From: Candidatus Woesearchaeota archaeon
GTDB taxonomy: Archaea > Nanobdellota > Nanobdellia > Woesearchaeales > GW2011-AR15
Direction: 5' to 3'
DNA: 58,334 nt
Assembly (NCBI GenBank): GCA_038874655.1
Contig: JAVZBY010000005.1
Span: 6,430 to 64,763, forward strand
The position numbers and the translations under genes are program-made. This document shows, in pieces, positions 8,991 to 18,087 of this stretch; the stretch's first letter is position 1, and each line of letters opens with the position of its first letter. Under the pieces are notes generated by a model. The model was not told the origin of the DNA. It made no database searches and saw nothing but the letters and a program-made list of their open reading frames with translations.

Positions 8991-11636
8991 ATGATGAAAG
9001 AATTTTATGCTGAAAAAAAAGAAGATATTCTAAAGTTTCTAAAAACTAATGAAAATGGTCTAAGTGAAGATGAAGCTAAAGAAAGATTAAAGAAAAATGG
9101 TTTTAATGAATTAGAGGAATTAAATAAAACTTCCATCTTAAAAATGTTTCTTGATCAATTTGCAAATTGGTTGGTGATGTTATTAGTTATAGCAGGTTTT
9201 ATTTCTTTATTTGTCGGTGAACTAAAAGAATCTATTGCTATTTTTGTGATTATCATGCTTAACACTATATTAGGTTTTATACAGGAATATAACACCGATA
9301 AATCAATAAAAGCATTAGAAAAGATGACTGCACCAACTGCAAAAGTAATACGAGATGGAAAAGAAAAAATTATACCTGCAAAAGAGGTTGTTATAGGGGA
9401 TATTGTTTTATTAGAATCTGGTGATGTAGTACCTGCAGATATTAGGTTAATTGAATCTTATGAAATGAGAGTAGATCAATCTATTCTAACAGGTGAAAGT
9501 GTTCCAGCATCAAAAAAAGTTTGCTTATTAAAAAAAGGAACAGCTATTGATAAAATTGATAATATGGTTTTTAGTGGCACTATTGTAATTTCTGGAAAAG
9601 CAAAGGGTATTGTAGTTTCAACTGGAATGAATACAGAATTAGGAAAAATTGCAGAAACAATACAAAAAACAAGTGAAACTGAAACTCCTTTACAAAAAAA
9701 ATTTGAAATTTTATCAAAACAAATAGGTATTATTAGCTTAGTTTTAGTTGGTATTGTTTTCTTTTTAGGTTTAAGTGAAAAAATAGCATTAGCAGAGATT
9801 CTAATAACATCTTTAACATTAATAGTATCTACTGTTCCAAATTCATTGCCTTTAGTTGTAACTTTAGGTTTAACACTTGGCTCACAAAGATTAGCCAAAC
9901 AAAATATGTTGATTAAAAGACTACCTGCTGCAGAAAGTTTAGGTTCTGTAACATATATTTGTACTGATAAAACAGGAACATTGACAAAAAACGAGATAAC
10001 TGTAACTAATATTTTCTTAAATAATAAAGAGATTAAAGTAACTGGCTCTGGATATAAGCCAGAGGGTGATTTTTTAGTTGAGGACAAAAAAGTAGATACA
10101 AAAGAATTTGAGTTATTATTAAAAATTGGGTTTTTTTGCAATAATGCTAAACTAATTAAAGAAAATAATATTTATAAAATTAGAGGAGATCCTACTGAAG
10201 GTTCTTTAATAGTATTAGCAGAGAAAAGTAAATTAGTAAATTCATTTAAAGAACAATATGAAGTAAAAAAAGAATTTTCTTTTGACTCTGATAGAAAAAG
10301 AATGAGTGTTATTGTTTATAACAAAAAAGAAAAACAAGAATACTCTTTTGTAAAAGGTGCAGCGGATATTTTATTAAAATTGTCTGATAAAATTTACGAT
10401 AATGGAAAAGAAAGAAAAATTAGTGAAGAAGACAAAAAGATCTTTGATGAAAAAATAAAATATTATGCTAGAAATTCCTTGAGAGTTTTAGGAATTGCTT
10501 ATAAGAAATATAAAGAAAATGAGAATCCTGAAAACAATTTGACCTTTGTGGGTATTGTAGGAATGATTGATCCTGCTAGAGAAGAAGTTAAAGATGCTAT
10601 CTTAAAATGTAAAACTGCTGGAATAAAAGTTATGATGATAACAGGTGATCATCCATTAACAGCAGAAGCTATTGGAAAAAATATTGGATTAATTGAAAAA
10701 GGAGATATTGTAATGACGGGTGAAGAACTTGAAAAATTATCAGAAAAAGAATTATTAGAAAAGATTGAAAAAATAAGAGTTGTTGCAAGAGCAATGCCTA
10801 TACAAAAACTAAGAATAGTAGAAATATTGCAAAAAAAAGGACATATTGTTGCTATGACTGGAGATGGTGTCAATGATGCACCAGCATTGAAAAAAGCAGA
10901 TATTGGAATAGCTATGGGTATTACTGGAACAGATGTTTCAAAATCTGTTGCTAAAACAATTTTAGTAGATGATAATTTTGCAACAATAGTTAATGCTATA
11001 GAAACTGGAAGAAATATTTATGATTCTTTAATTAGAAGTGCTAGATTTTTCTTATCATGTAATAGTGGAGAAATATTTACAGTTATTATATCTTTAATGT
11101 TGTATTTTCCATTACCATTAACACCACTTCAAATTTTAATAATGAATTTATTAACTGATAATTTTCCAGCAATCGGATTAGGTTTTGAAAAAGCAGAAGA
11201 TAACATAATGACAAGAAAACCTAGAGATCCAAAAGAAAAACCATTGTCTAATAAAATGCTTTTGTCTATATTATTTTTTGGTATCATAATGGCAATTGGA
11301 ACTATTTTTTTATTTAGTTTATATAAGGACACTGATTTAAATAAATCAAGAACAGTTGCATTTACTACATTAGTTATGTTCCAAATGTGGGCTGTAATTA
11401 GTAGCAGAACATTAAGCCCAGATATCAAACATTTAAATTTATTTACAAACAAATGGCTTTTAGGAGGAATTGTTCTAGCTGTTTTATTTCATATAGGTGT
11501 TATTTACATTCCTTTTTTACAAAATATATTTAAGACTGTTCCATTAAGTTTTACAGAATGGCTAATAATCTTAGCAGTTTCAAGCACGGGCTTTATCATA
11601 ATGGAAATTAGTAAATTTTTTACAAAACCTAATTAA
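8991..11636 (+). CDS. Cation-translocating P-type ATPase, P2A (Ca2+/PacL-like) with atypical TM4 motif
   Basis: TGES, DKTGTLT, KGA, TGD, GDGVNDAPAL; TM5 SCNSGE, TM6 NLLTDNFPA; TM4 VPNSLP; AGGTGA SD upstream. Confidence 0.93.
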   Translation: MMKEFYAEKKEDILKFLKTNENGLSEDEAKERLKKNGFNELEELNKTSILKMFLDQFANWLVMLLVIAGFISLFVGELKESIAIFVIIMLNTILGFIQEYNTDKSIKALEKMTAPTAKVIRDGKEKIIPAKEVVIGDIVLLESGDVVPADIRLIESYEMRVDQSILTGESVPASKKVCLLKKGTAIDKIDNMVFSGTIVISGKAKGIVVSTGMNTELGKIAETIQKTSETETPLQKKFEILSKQIGIISLVLVGIVFFLGLSEKIALAEILITSLTLIVSTVPNSLPLVVTLGLTLGSQRLAKQNMLIKRLPAAESLGSVTYICTDKTGTLTKNEITVTNIFLNNKEIKVTGSGYKPEGDFLVEDKKVDTKEFELLLKIGFFCNNAKLIKENNIYKIRGDPTEGSLIVLAEKSKLVNSFKEQYEVKKEFSFDSDRKRMSVIVYNKKEKQEYSFVKGAADILLKLSDKIYDNGKERKISEEDKKIFDEKIKYYARNSLRVLGIAYKKYKENENPENNLTFVGIVGMIDPAREEVKDAILKCKTAGIKVMMITGDHPLTAEAIGKNIGLIEKGDIVMTGEELEKLSEKELLEKIEKIRVVARAMPIQKLRIVEILQKKGHIVAMTGDGVNDAPALKKADIGIAMGITGTDVSKSVAKTILVDDNFATIVNAIETGRNIYDSLIRSARFFLSCNSGEIFTVIISLMLYFPLPLTPLQILIMNLLTDNFPAIGLGFEKAEDNIMTRKPRDPKEKPLSNKMLLSILFFGIIMAIGTIFLFSLYKDTDLNKSRTVAFTTLVMFQMWAVISSRTLSPDIKHLNLFTNKWLLGGIVLAVLFHIGVIYIPFLQNIFKTVPLSFTEWLIILAVSSTGFIIMEISKFFTKPN

Positions 11637-11690
11637 TTTTTATTTTTTATTTAAAAAAATATATAAATACTAATTTTAATACTTATATTG

Positions 11691-12005
11691 ATGAAAAAAA
11701 TTTTGTATAATAAAAAAGGAATTGAAATTTCTCCTATGAGTTTAGCAGTAGCTATAGTTTTATTATTAATTGTAATGGTAATATTATTATTTATATTTGG
11801 TAAATCAAGTAATAACTTTTTCACATTTATAACTGATATTTTTAAACAAACTAAAGGGGAAAAATGTGTAAGTCCTTTTTTACAGAGATATTGTAATGAA
11901 TGTCCTAGTGGAGATTATGCTAAAAAGGATGTCATAAATCCACCTAAAGATGGGTGGAGTGATTGCAATGGTGAATGTATAGAATGTGTGTATAACAAAA
12001 TTTAA
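11691..12005 (+). CDS. Prepilin-like protein with Cys-rich C-terminus
   Basis: YNKKG|IEISPMSLAVAIVLLLIVMVILLFIFG; six Cys in C-terminal half. Confidence 0.75.
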   Translation: MKKILYNKKGIEISPMSLAVAIVLLLIVMVILLFIFGKSSNNFFTFITDIFKQTKGEKCVSPFLQRYCNECPSGDYAKKDVINPPKDGWSDCNGECIECVYNKI

Positions 12006-12102
12006 GATTATAGAGTTAGATTTATAAATTAATTTTAATTTTAGAATATAAAAATTTGTCAGTTTTAAAATTTATAATCTTTAAAACATAGGAGGGGGCA
12101 AA

Positions 12103-12849
12103 ATGAAATTAGTTTTGGCTGATTCAAAAGCACTAAAAGATAGTGTTTCAATTATTTCTGATTTAGTAAGTGAAGCAAGATTTCATATTACAAAAACATC
12201 TATTGATTTAATTGCTATGGATGCTGCAAATGTTGCTATGGTTATTTTTAAATTACTTAACACTAGTTTTACAGAATATATTGTTGAAAAAGACATAAAA
12301 ATTGCATTAAATTTGAATAATTTAAAAGATGTTTTGAAAAGAGCTGGCTCTAATGATGTCGTTGAAATGGAAGTTGTTGATAATAAATTCAAGATTGTTT
12401 TGAGATCAATTACAACAAGAACATTTTATCTGCCAATACTTGATATGGATGAAAAAGAACAAAAAGAACCTTCTTTGAATTTTCCATTGACTATAAAATT
12501 AAATCCTAGTTCTTTAAATGATGCTATAGAAGACGCTTCAAGTATAAAGGCAGAATCAATTAAATTTATATGTGATAAAAAGAAATTTTCCCTACATGCT
12601 GAAAGTGATTTATCACAAGTAAAAATTGAGATTCCTGCTGACGAAAACACAATAATAACAAAAGACGGTGATGATGTAGTAAAGGCAAAGTTTTCAATTG
12701 AATACTTAAAGAAAATGATACAAGGAAGTAAAGTAGCTAATGAGTTAATAGTTAGATTCAACAATGATTATCCCTTAAGATTAGAGTATAGAGCAACTGA
12801 TAAATTGATGTTAAGTTTTATATTGGCTCCAAGAGTGGATAATGACTAA
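12103..12849 (+). CDS. pcn: PCNA, DNA polymerase sliding clamp
   Basis: AMDAANVAMV, KFSIEYLKKM, DYPLRLEY, FILAPRV; 248 aa; GGAGG SD upstream. Confidence 0.97.
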   Translation: MKLVLADSKALKDSVSIISDLVSEARFHITKTSIDLIAMDAANVAMVIFKLLNTSFTEYIVEKDIKIALNLNNLKDVLKRAGSNDVVEMEVVDNKFKIVLRSITTRTFYLPILDMDEKEQKEPSLNFPLTIKLNPSSLNDAIEDASSIKAESIKFICDKKKFSLHAESDLSQVKIEIPADENTIITKDGDDVVKAKFSIEYLKKMIQGSKVANELIVRFNNDYPLRLEYRATDKLMLSFILAPRVDND

Positions 12850-13437
12850 CAAAAATACAAATAAGTCCTTTCCAAAAAAATAAATAAATTTACTTTTCCA
12901 AACTCAAGCAAATTTATCTTTTTCAGCAAAAAAAAACTTTATTCAAAACTTTTTTTTAAAGTTAATGCTTGATATTTTTCTGGTTTCTTTAAATCATTAA
13001 GATATTTTGAGATACTTATTATTGCTAAAGCATCATATTGCTCTATGATTACAATATATCCTGAAATTAACCTTTCTCTTCTATTTTTATATACTATTAA
13101 ATAAAAATCACTACTATCCTTTAAAGAATCCATATTATCTTTAATTATAACTCATTTTGATATATTTAAATTATTTTTTTGTAAGAATATTTTAACTCTT
13201 TTTTTAATGCATCCTAATTGTATTTTCAAAAATTAAGATTTTTACAATTGAATTATGCTTATGTGAAGATAGAATCTTAATTTTCTTTTCAATAGTTTCA
13301 ATTAATTCTCTCCCCCTATTGATTTTTAATAATAGTAATCTAATAAACATATATAATACCTTATAAGATGCTAAATGCAAAACTTTTTATATAGAATTAG
13401 TATAATTTAATAATTATTATGAGAAAAATGTGATATA

Positions 13438-14601
13438 ATGAAAAAAACATTTTTTTTAATCCTATTCATTTTATGTGCTTCATATATTAATGCATACGAC
13501 TTTAAACTAATTCCTAAAATAATTAAAAGCCAAAGTCATCCTGGATATTATTCAAAAATACCCTTAGGTGAAATGGTCGTAAAAGATGGAAAATTAGATT
13601 TTTATGTTCAAAAAGGATATGATTACATAAGTTTTGAAGGAGACTATAACGAAAAAAAGGGAGAACTAAAAGGGATTTTAAAAGTTGCAACAGAATATTC
13701 TGAAAATAAAGCTTACATATTTTATTGTGAGTTTTCTGCTATAATTCAAAAAGATAAAAAAACAACAGAATTTGTTTTTGATGGATCATCTGTTGAAAAA
13801 TGTAATTCAAGAATTGTTTTTGATATACAAAAAAATAGTATGAGCCAAAAAGATTTGTGGTGGCCAGATAATTTAGTTTTTGAAGTAGTAGAAATTGAGG
13901 GATTAGAAGATTCTGGAATAAGGTTTTCAGATATCTCAGGTGAAGTTGAAATTCTTTTGCCTACAGGTTATAACGAAGATGGAGAGCCCTTATTTGAAGA
14001 TGAAGAAGGTTGGAATCATGCTAAACTAGATATGAAATTGCCATATGGAGCAAAAATAAGATTAAAAGAAAGAAGCTCTATAATCCTATCTTTACCAACT
14101 AGCGAACCCTATGAAATGAGAACACCTGAAAATTTATATCCTTATGATGAAACAATTGTAATGCTTCCTTTAAAGCAAAAAAAGGAAAGTATATTAAAGC
14201 TAATGTCTGGTCAGCTTTATAATAATGTTAAAAAAATAATAAAAGATGGAACAATGGATATAGAACTTGGGCAGGCTGTGGCAGGAATTAAAGGAACAAC
14301 TTTTATTTTAGAAGAAGACGGAAAAAAATCAACTATAAAAGTAATAGAAGGAGAAGTTGAATTCAGAAGCAAAATGAATAATCAGAAAGAATTTATAAAA
14401 CAAGGGGAAATGATTACAGCAAATGAAAAAGGATTAAATGAAAAAACAACTTTTTCAATAGAAGAAGAATCTAAAAAATGGAATTATCATAAGGGGATTT
14501 CACCTGTTTTTATCATCTTATCTATGGTTGTATTAGTTTTTATAATTGGTTTTTTATTTATAGGTAAAGTCAAAGTTGCAAAAAATAAGAGACATAATTA
14601 A
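13438..14601 (+). CDS. Exported FecR-domain protein with C-terminal membrane anchor
   Basis: N-terminal signal peptide; AVAGIKGTTFILEEDGKKSTIKVIEGEVEF (FecR core); C-terminal TM with basic tail. Confidence 0.8.
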   Translation: MKKTFFLILFILCASYINAYDFKLIPKIIKSQSHPGYYSKIPLGEMVVKDGKLDFYVQKGYDYISFEGDYNEKKGELKGILKVATEYSENKAYIFYCEFSAIIQKDKKTTEFVFDGSSVEKCNSRIVFDIQKNSMSQKDLWWPDNLVFEVVEIEGLEDSGIRFSDISGEVEILLPTGYNEDGEPLFEDEEGWNHAKLDMKLPYGAKIRLKERSSIILSLPTSEPYEMRTPENLYPYDETIVMLPLKQKKESILKLMSGQLYNNVKKIIKDGTMDIELGQAVAGIKGTTFILEEDGKKSTIKVIEGEVEFRSKMNNQKEFIKQGEMITANEKGLNEKTTFSIEEESKKWNYHKGISPVFIILSMVVLVFIIGFLFIGKVKVAKNKRHN

Positions 14602-14851
14602 ATATATTTTTCATAAAAAAATTATTAAGAAATTTTTGTGAAAAAGGAATTATGTGCTTAAAATTTTATTGGGAAAAGCATTATGTTGAACTTTCTAGAG
14701 ATGAAATAACAATAATAGGAAAAGGACAATGATTAATAATTCCTAATTATAAATTAAAAAATTTTAAAGAGTTTATGCATTTAATTGATTATAATGAAAA
14801 AAATTTAAAAATAAAAATAAATATTTAAATCCATAAATATTTTTTCTAAAT

Positions 14852-15112
14852 ATGACAAATAAGATAGCAAAATTAGATATTCTAAAAGCTTTAGCAGATG
14901 AAACAAGATTAAAGATAATTGAAGCATTGAAAGATAAAGAGATGTGCGCTTGTGAATTAGTGCCTTTAGCAAAAAAAAGCCAACCCAATGTTTCTCTACA
15001 TTTAAAAAAACTTGAGGAAAATGGCATATTAAAATCAAGAAAAGAAGGAACAAAAGTTATTTATTCTATAAAAGATAAAAGAGTTTTGAAGATATTAAAT
15101 GCACTTGAATAA
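14852..15112 (+). CDS. ArsR/SmtB-family metalloregulator
   Basis: KALADETRLKII, EMCACEL (alpha3 CxC), SQPNVSLHLKKLEENG. Confidence 0.95.
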   Translation: MTNKIAKLDILKALADETRLKIIEALKDKEMCACELVPLAKKSQPNVSLHLKKLEENGILKSRKEGTKVIYSIKDKRVLKILNALE

Positions 15113-15241
15113 TTTTTTATTTTAATCTTCTTATAAAAAAGATAAATATTTAAATATACAAATATTTATAAAAATAAATATTTAAAAAAACATAAATATT
15201 ATACCTAAATAAAAATTAAAAAATAATAAAAAAGTGAAATT

Positions 15242-16414
15242 ATGATTAAATTTATAAAAAAAGTTAAAGAATTTTTTAATAACAATTGGGTTTTGTTTTT
15301 GTTGTTTTTTTCTTATTTGATTGTTTTTTTAGGCCAAAAACAAATTGGAAGTTTTTTAGCACAAGAAGATATACAAAAAATAATTGGTCAAGGAATTTAT
15401 AATGGCTGGCTCTCTCTTGTTGATTATTTGTCTGCTCATGTTTTAATGTGCTTAATTCCTGCTTTTTTTATTGCTGGTGCAATAAACAGCTTAATTGGCA
15501 CAAATACTATTCTAAAATATTTAAGTGGAAAAACAAAAAAACACCTTGCCTATATAATTGCTGGAGTTGGCGGTTTTTTCTTAGAAGTTTGTTCCTGTAC
15601 AATTTTACCTTTGTTTGCAGGAATCTGGAAAAAAGGTGCTGGTTTAGGAATTGCTGTTACTTTGCTTTATGCAGGGCCCTCTAATAATGTTGTTACTTTG
15701 ATGATGACAGGTCAAAGAATAGGTTGGCAATTTGCCTTTTTCAGATTATTGTTTTCAATAAGCTTTGCTATTTTAATTGGCTTAATAATGGACTTTCTTT
15801 TTAGAAATGAAAAGCACGAAAAAACAGATTTAATTATTTCTGAATCAAAATTGTCTCTAAAAGGCATTAAATCTAAAATTTTTTGGGTTTTGCTTTTTAG
15901 CATTTTAATTATAGGAACTGCTCCAATTCCAAATAATATAAAAACATATTCTGTTTTAGGATTGACTTTATTTGAAATAATATTAGCTTTTAAATGGCTT
16001 ACAAGAGAAGAAAGAAATGCTTGGTGGCAAGAAACAATAAAGTTTACCTCAGATATAATCCCTTTGTTATTATTTGGTGTTTTTTTGGCAGGAATGTTTA
16101 CTCATTTTATTCCAAAAGAGGAATTTCAAAAAATTGCAGGACAAAATACAATTACATCAAATTTAATTGCTGTTGCTTTTGGTGCAATTGCTTATTTTCC
16201 TGCATTAGTGGAAGTTCCTATTGCAGAAAATTTTATGAAGCTAGGAATGAATAAAGGGCCATTAATGGCTTATATGCTTGCTGATCCTGTATTGTCATTG
16301 CAAGGGCTATTGATAATTTCAAAAATGATTGGAAAAAAGAAAACTTTTATTTACTTAATGCTAATTGTAATTTTAACAACAAGTGCTGGATATTTATATG
16401 GTTTATTTGGCTGA
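15242..16414 (+). CDS. ArsP/DUF318-family permease
   Basis: Multi-TM; HVLMCLIPAFFIAGA, LEVCSCTILPLF, YFPALVEVPI; downstream of ArsR. Confidence 0.9.
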   Translation: MIKFIKKVKEFFNNNWVLFLLFFSYLIVFLGQKQIGSFLAQEDIQKIIGQGIYNGWLSLVDYLSAHVLMCLIPAFFIAGAINSLIGTNTILKYLSGKTKKHLAYIIAGVGGFFLEVCSCTILPLFAGIWKKGAGLGIAVTLLYAGPSNNVVTLMMTGQRIGWQFAFFRLLFSISFAILIGLIMDFLFRNEKHEKTDLIISESKLSLKGIKSKIFWVLLFSILIIGTAPIPNNIKTYSVLGLTLFEIILAFKWLTREERNAWWQETIKFTSDIIPLLLFGVFLAGMFTHFIPKEEFQKIAGQNTITSNLIAVAFGAIAYFPALVEVPIAENFMKLGMNKGPLMAYMLADPVLSLQGLLIISKMIGKKKTFIYLMLIVILTTSAGYLYGLFG

Positions 16415-16419
16415 TAAAA

Positions 16420-17658
16420 ATGGGTTTAATAAAATCAATTAAAGAATTTTTATCTGAAAAATTTAATTTGTATTTAGTTTTATTTTTAATTTTATTAGGC
16501 ACAATTGCTTATTTTAAAGATTTTGATTTATCTAAAAAATCTGTTTCAGAAGAAATTGAAATTCATTTTTTTTATTTACCAACATGTCCTCATTGCAATG
16601 AACAAAAACCCATTTATTATGCAATAAAAGAAGAGTTTAATCAATTAGAGAACAAAAATATAAAATTTTTTGAGCATGATGCATCTACTTCAGAAGGAAG
16701 TTCTTTATTTTATAAAATGGCTTCTGAGGCAGGTTTAGATACAAAAAGATTAGCTGTTCCTACGATTTTTGTAAACAATAGGTTTGGAAAAAATGCTTTG
16801 ATTGGTGTTCAGTCAAAAGAGAATTTATTAAATGCAATAAACCAATGTGTAAATCAATGCAAAAATGAGCAATATCAAAATAAGCCAAGCCAGAATTTAA
16901 CAGATGAAAATTCAATAAAAAATTTTGATCTGCCTTTTTTAGGAAAAACAGACTTAACGAAATATAGTTTATTAAGCCTTTCAATAATTTTAGGATTAAT
17001 TGATGGTTTTAATCCTTGTGCGATGTGGGTTCTAGTTTATTTAATTGGGATTTTAATTGGCTTAAATGATAAAAAGAAGATTTGGATTATTGTTGGAAGT
17101 TTTGTTTTTGCTTCTGGTGTTTTATATTTCTTATTTATGACTGCATGGCTCAATGTTTTTTTGCTTTTAGGATATATGAAATTAATTACAATAATTATTG
17201 GAATGATTGCATTAGGTGGAGGTATTTTAAGTTTAAAAGAATATATTACAACAAAAGGAGAATTAGTTTGTAAAGTTGGTGATGTTAATGATCATAAAAA
17301 AACAATGAAAAAAATAGATAAAATCGCTTTACAGCCTATAACTATTGGAGTAGTTATCTCAATTATAGGTTTGGCTTTTGTTGTTAATTCTGTTGAATTT
17401 ATGTGCTCTGCTGCAATTCCTGCTGTTTTTACACAAATTTTGGCTTTAAGCAATATCTCAACTTTAATGAATTATTTGTATATAGCAATTTACACATTTT
17501 TCTTTATGTTAGATGATTTAGTAGTTTTTGGAATGGCTGCTTTTGCTGTAAACAATAGTTTTGGAGATAAATATGCTAAATATTGCAAATTAATTGGTGG
17601 AATTATCATGACTGTTTTGGGTTTTATTTTATTATTTGCACCACAATTATTAAGATAA
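16420..17658 (+). CDS. Thioredoxin (CPHC) domain fused to CcdA/DsbD-like transmembrane domain
   Basis: FFYLPTCPHC; TM domain DGFNPCAMWVL...VEFMCSAAIP with two membrane Cys. Confidence 0.85.
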   Translation: MGLIKSIKEFLSEKFNLYLVLFLILLGTIAYFKDFDLSKKSVSEEIEIHFFYLPTCPHCNEQKPIYYAIKEEFNQLENKNIKFFEHDASTSEGSSLFYKMASEAGLDTKRLAVPTIFVNNRFGKNALIGVQSKENLLNAINQCVNQCKNEQYQNKPSQNLTDENSIKNFDLPFLGKTDLTKYSLLSLSIILGLIDGFNPCAMWVLVYLIGILIGLNDKKKIWIIVGSFVFASGVLYFLFMTAWLNVFLLLGYMKLITIIIGMIALGGGILSLKEYITTKGELVCKVGDVNDHKKTMKKIDKIALQPITIGVVISIIGLAFVVNSVEFMCSAAIPAVFTQILALSNISTLMNYLYIAIYTFFFMLDDLVVFGMAAFAVNNSFGDKYAKYCKLIGGIIMTVLGFILLFAPQLLR

Positions 17659-17705
17659 TTTTAAAATTAAAATAACAAAAAATTAATTAGAATTTGGGTG
17701 AAAAC

Positions 17706-17939
17706 ATGAACATAAAAGTTATAGGAAGCGGTTGCCCTACTTGTAAAAAGTTGTATGAAAAAGTTAAAAAAATTAATGAAGAAAAAAAATTAGGGGCTGA
17801 AATTGAATATATAACGGACTTCAATGAGTTGATAAAAAGAGGAATAATGGGAAGTCCTGCTTTATTAATAAATGAAAAGGTTGTTTGTGTAGGTATGCCT
17901 AGTGATGAAAAACTTAATAAATTATTAAATAATTCTTAA
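17706..17939 (+). CDS. Small redox-active disulfide protein (MTH895/thioredoxin-like)
   Basis: IKVIGSGCPTCKKL...GIMGSPALLINEKVV; GGGTGA SD before ATG 17706. Confidence 0.9.
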   Translation: MNIKVIGSGCPTCKKLYEKVKKINEEKKLGAEIEYITDFNELIKRGIMGSPALLINEKVVCVGMPSDEKLNKLLNNS

Positions 17940-17980
17940 AAAATAATATTAATCCTAAGATTTAGTTAATACTAATGTTA

Positions 17981-18031
17981 GGCAATGAAGTCTGCCTTCC
18001 TTATGGAAAACTGCTTCAGCTGATGACTTCT
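17981..18031 (+). ncRNA. Fluoride riboswitch (crcB motif)
   Basis: GGCAATGAAGTCTGCC...AACTGCTTCAGCTGATGACTTCT: P1 GGCA/TGCC, pseudoknot GAAGTC/GACTTC, conserved GCTGATGAC; extra hairpin TTCC-TTAT-GGAA; GC island in an AT-rich 5' leader. Confidence 0.92.
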
Positions 18032-18087
18032 TATATGAAAAAATTGAATTAAAAAGGATTGTAAATAAAAAACCAGTATAAAATAAA

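Noticed and set aside
9476-11452. Antisense ORFs inside the P-type ATPase (9476..10141, 10649..10873, 11129..11452), and similar shadow ORFs over pcn, MFS, mgtA, ABC genes, gyrA, lig, gatE and surface genes
   Set aside because: They lie wholly opposite or within well-supported genes and have no motifs; expected from codon bias.
12939-13133. 64-aa minus-strand ORF and neighbouring short frames in the 12850-13437 gap
   Set aside because: No recognisable motif or start context; may be gene debris but cannot be supported.
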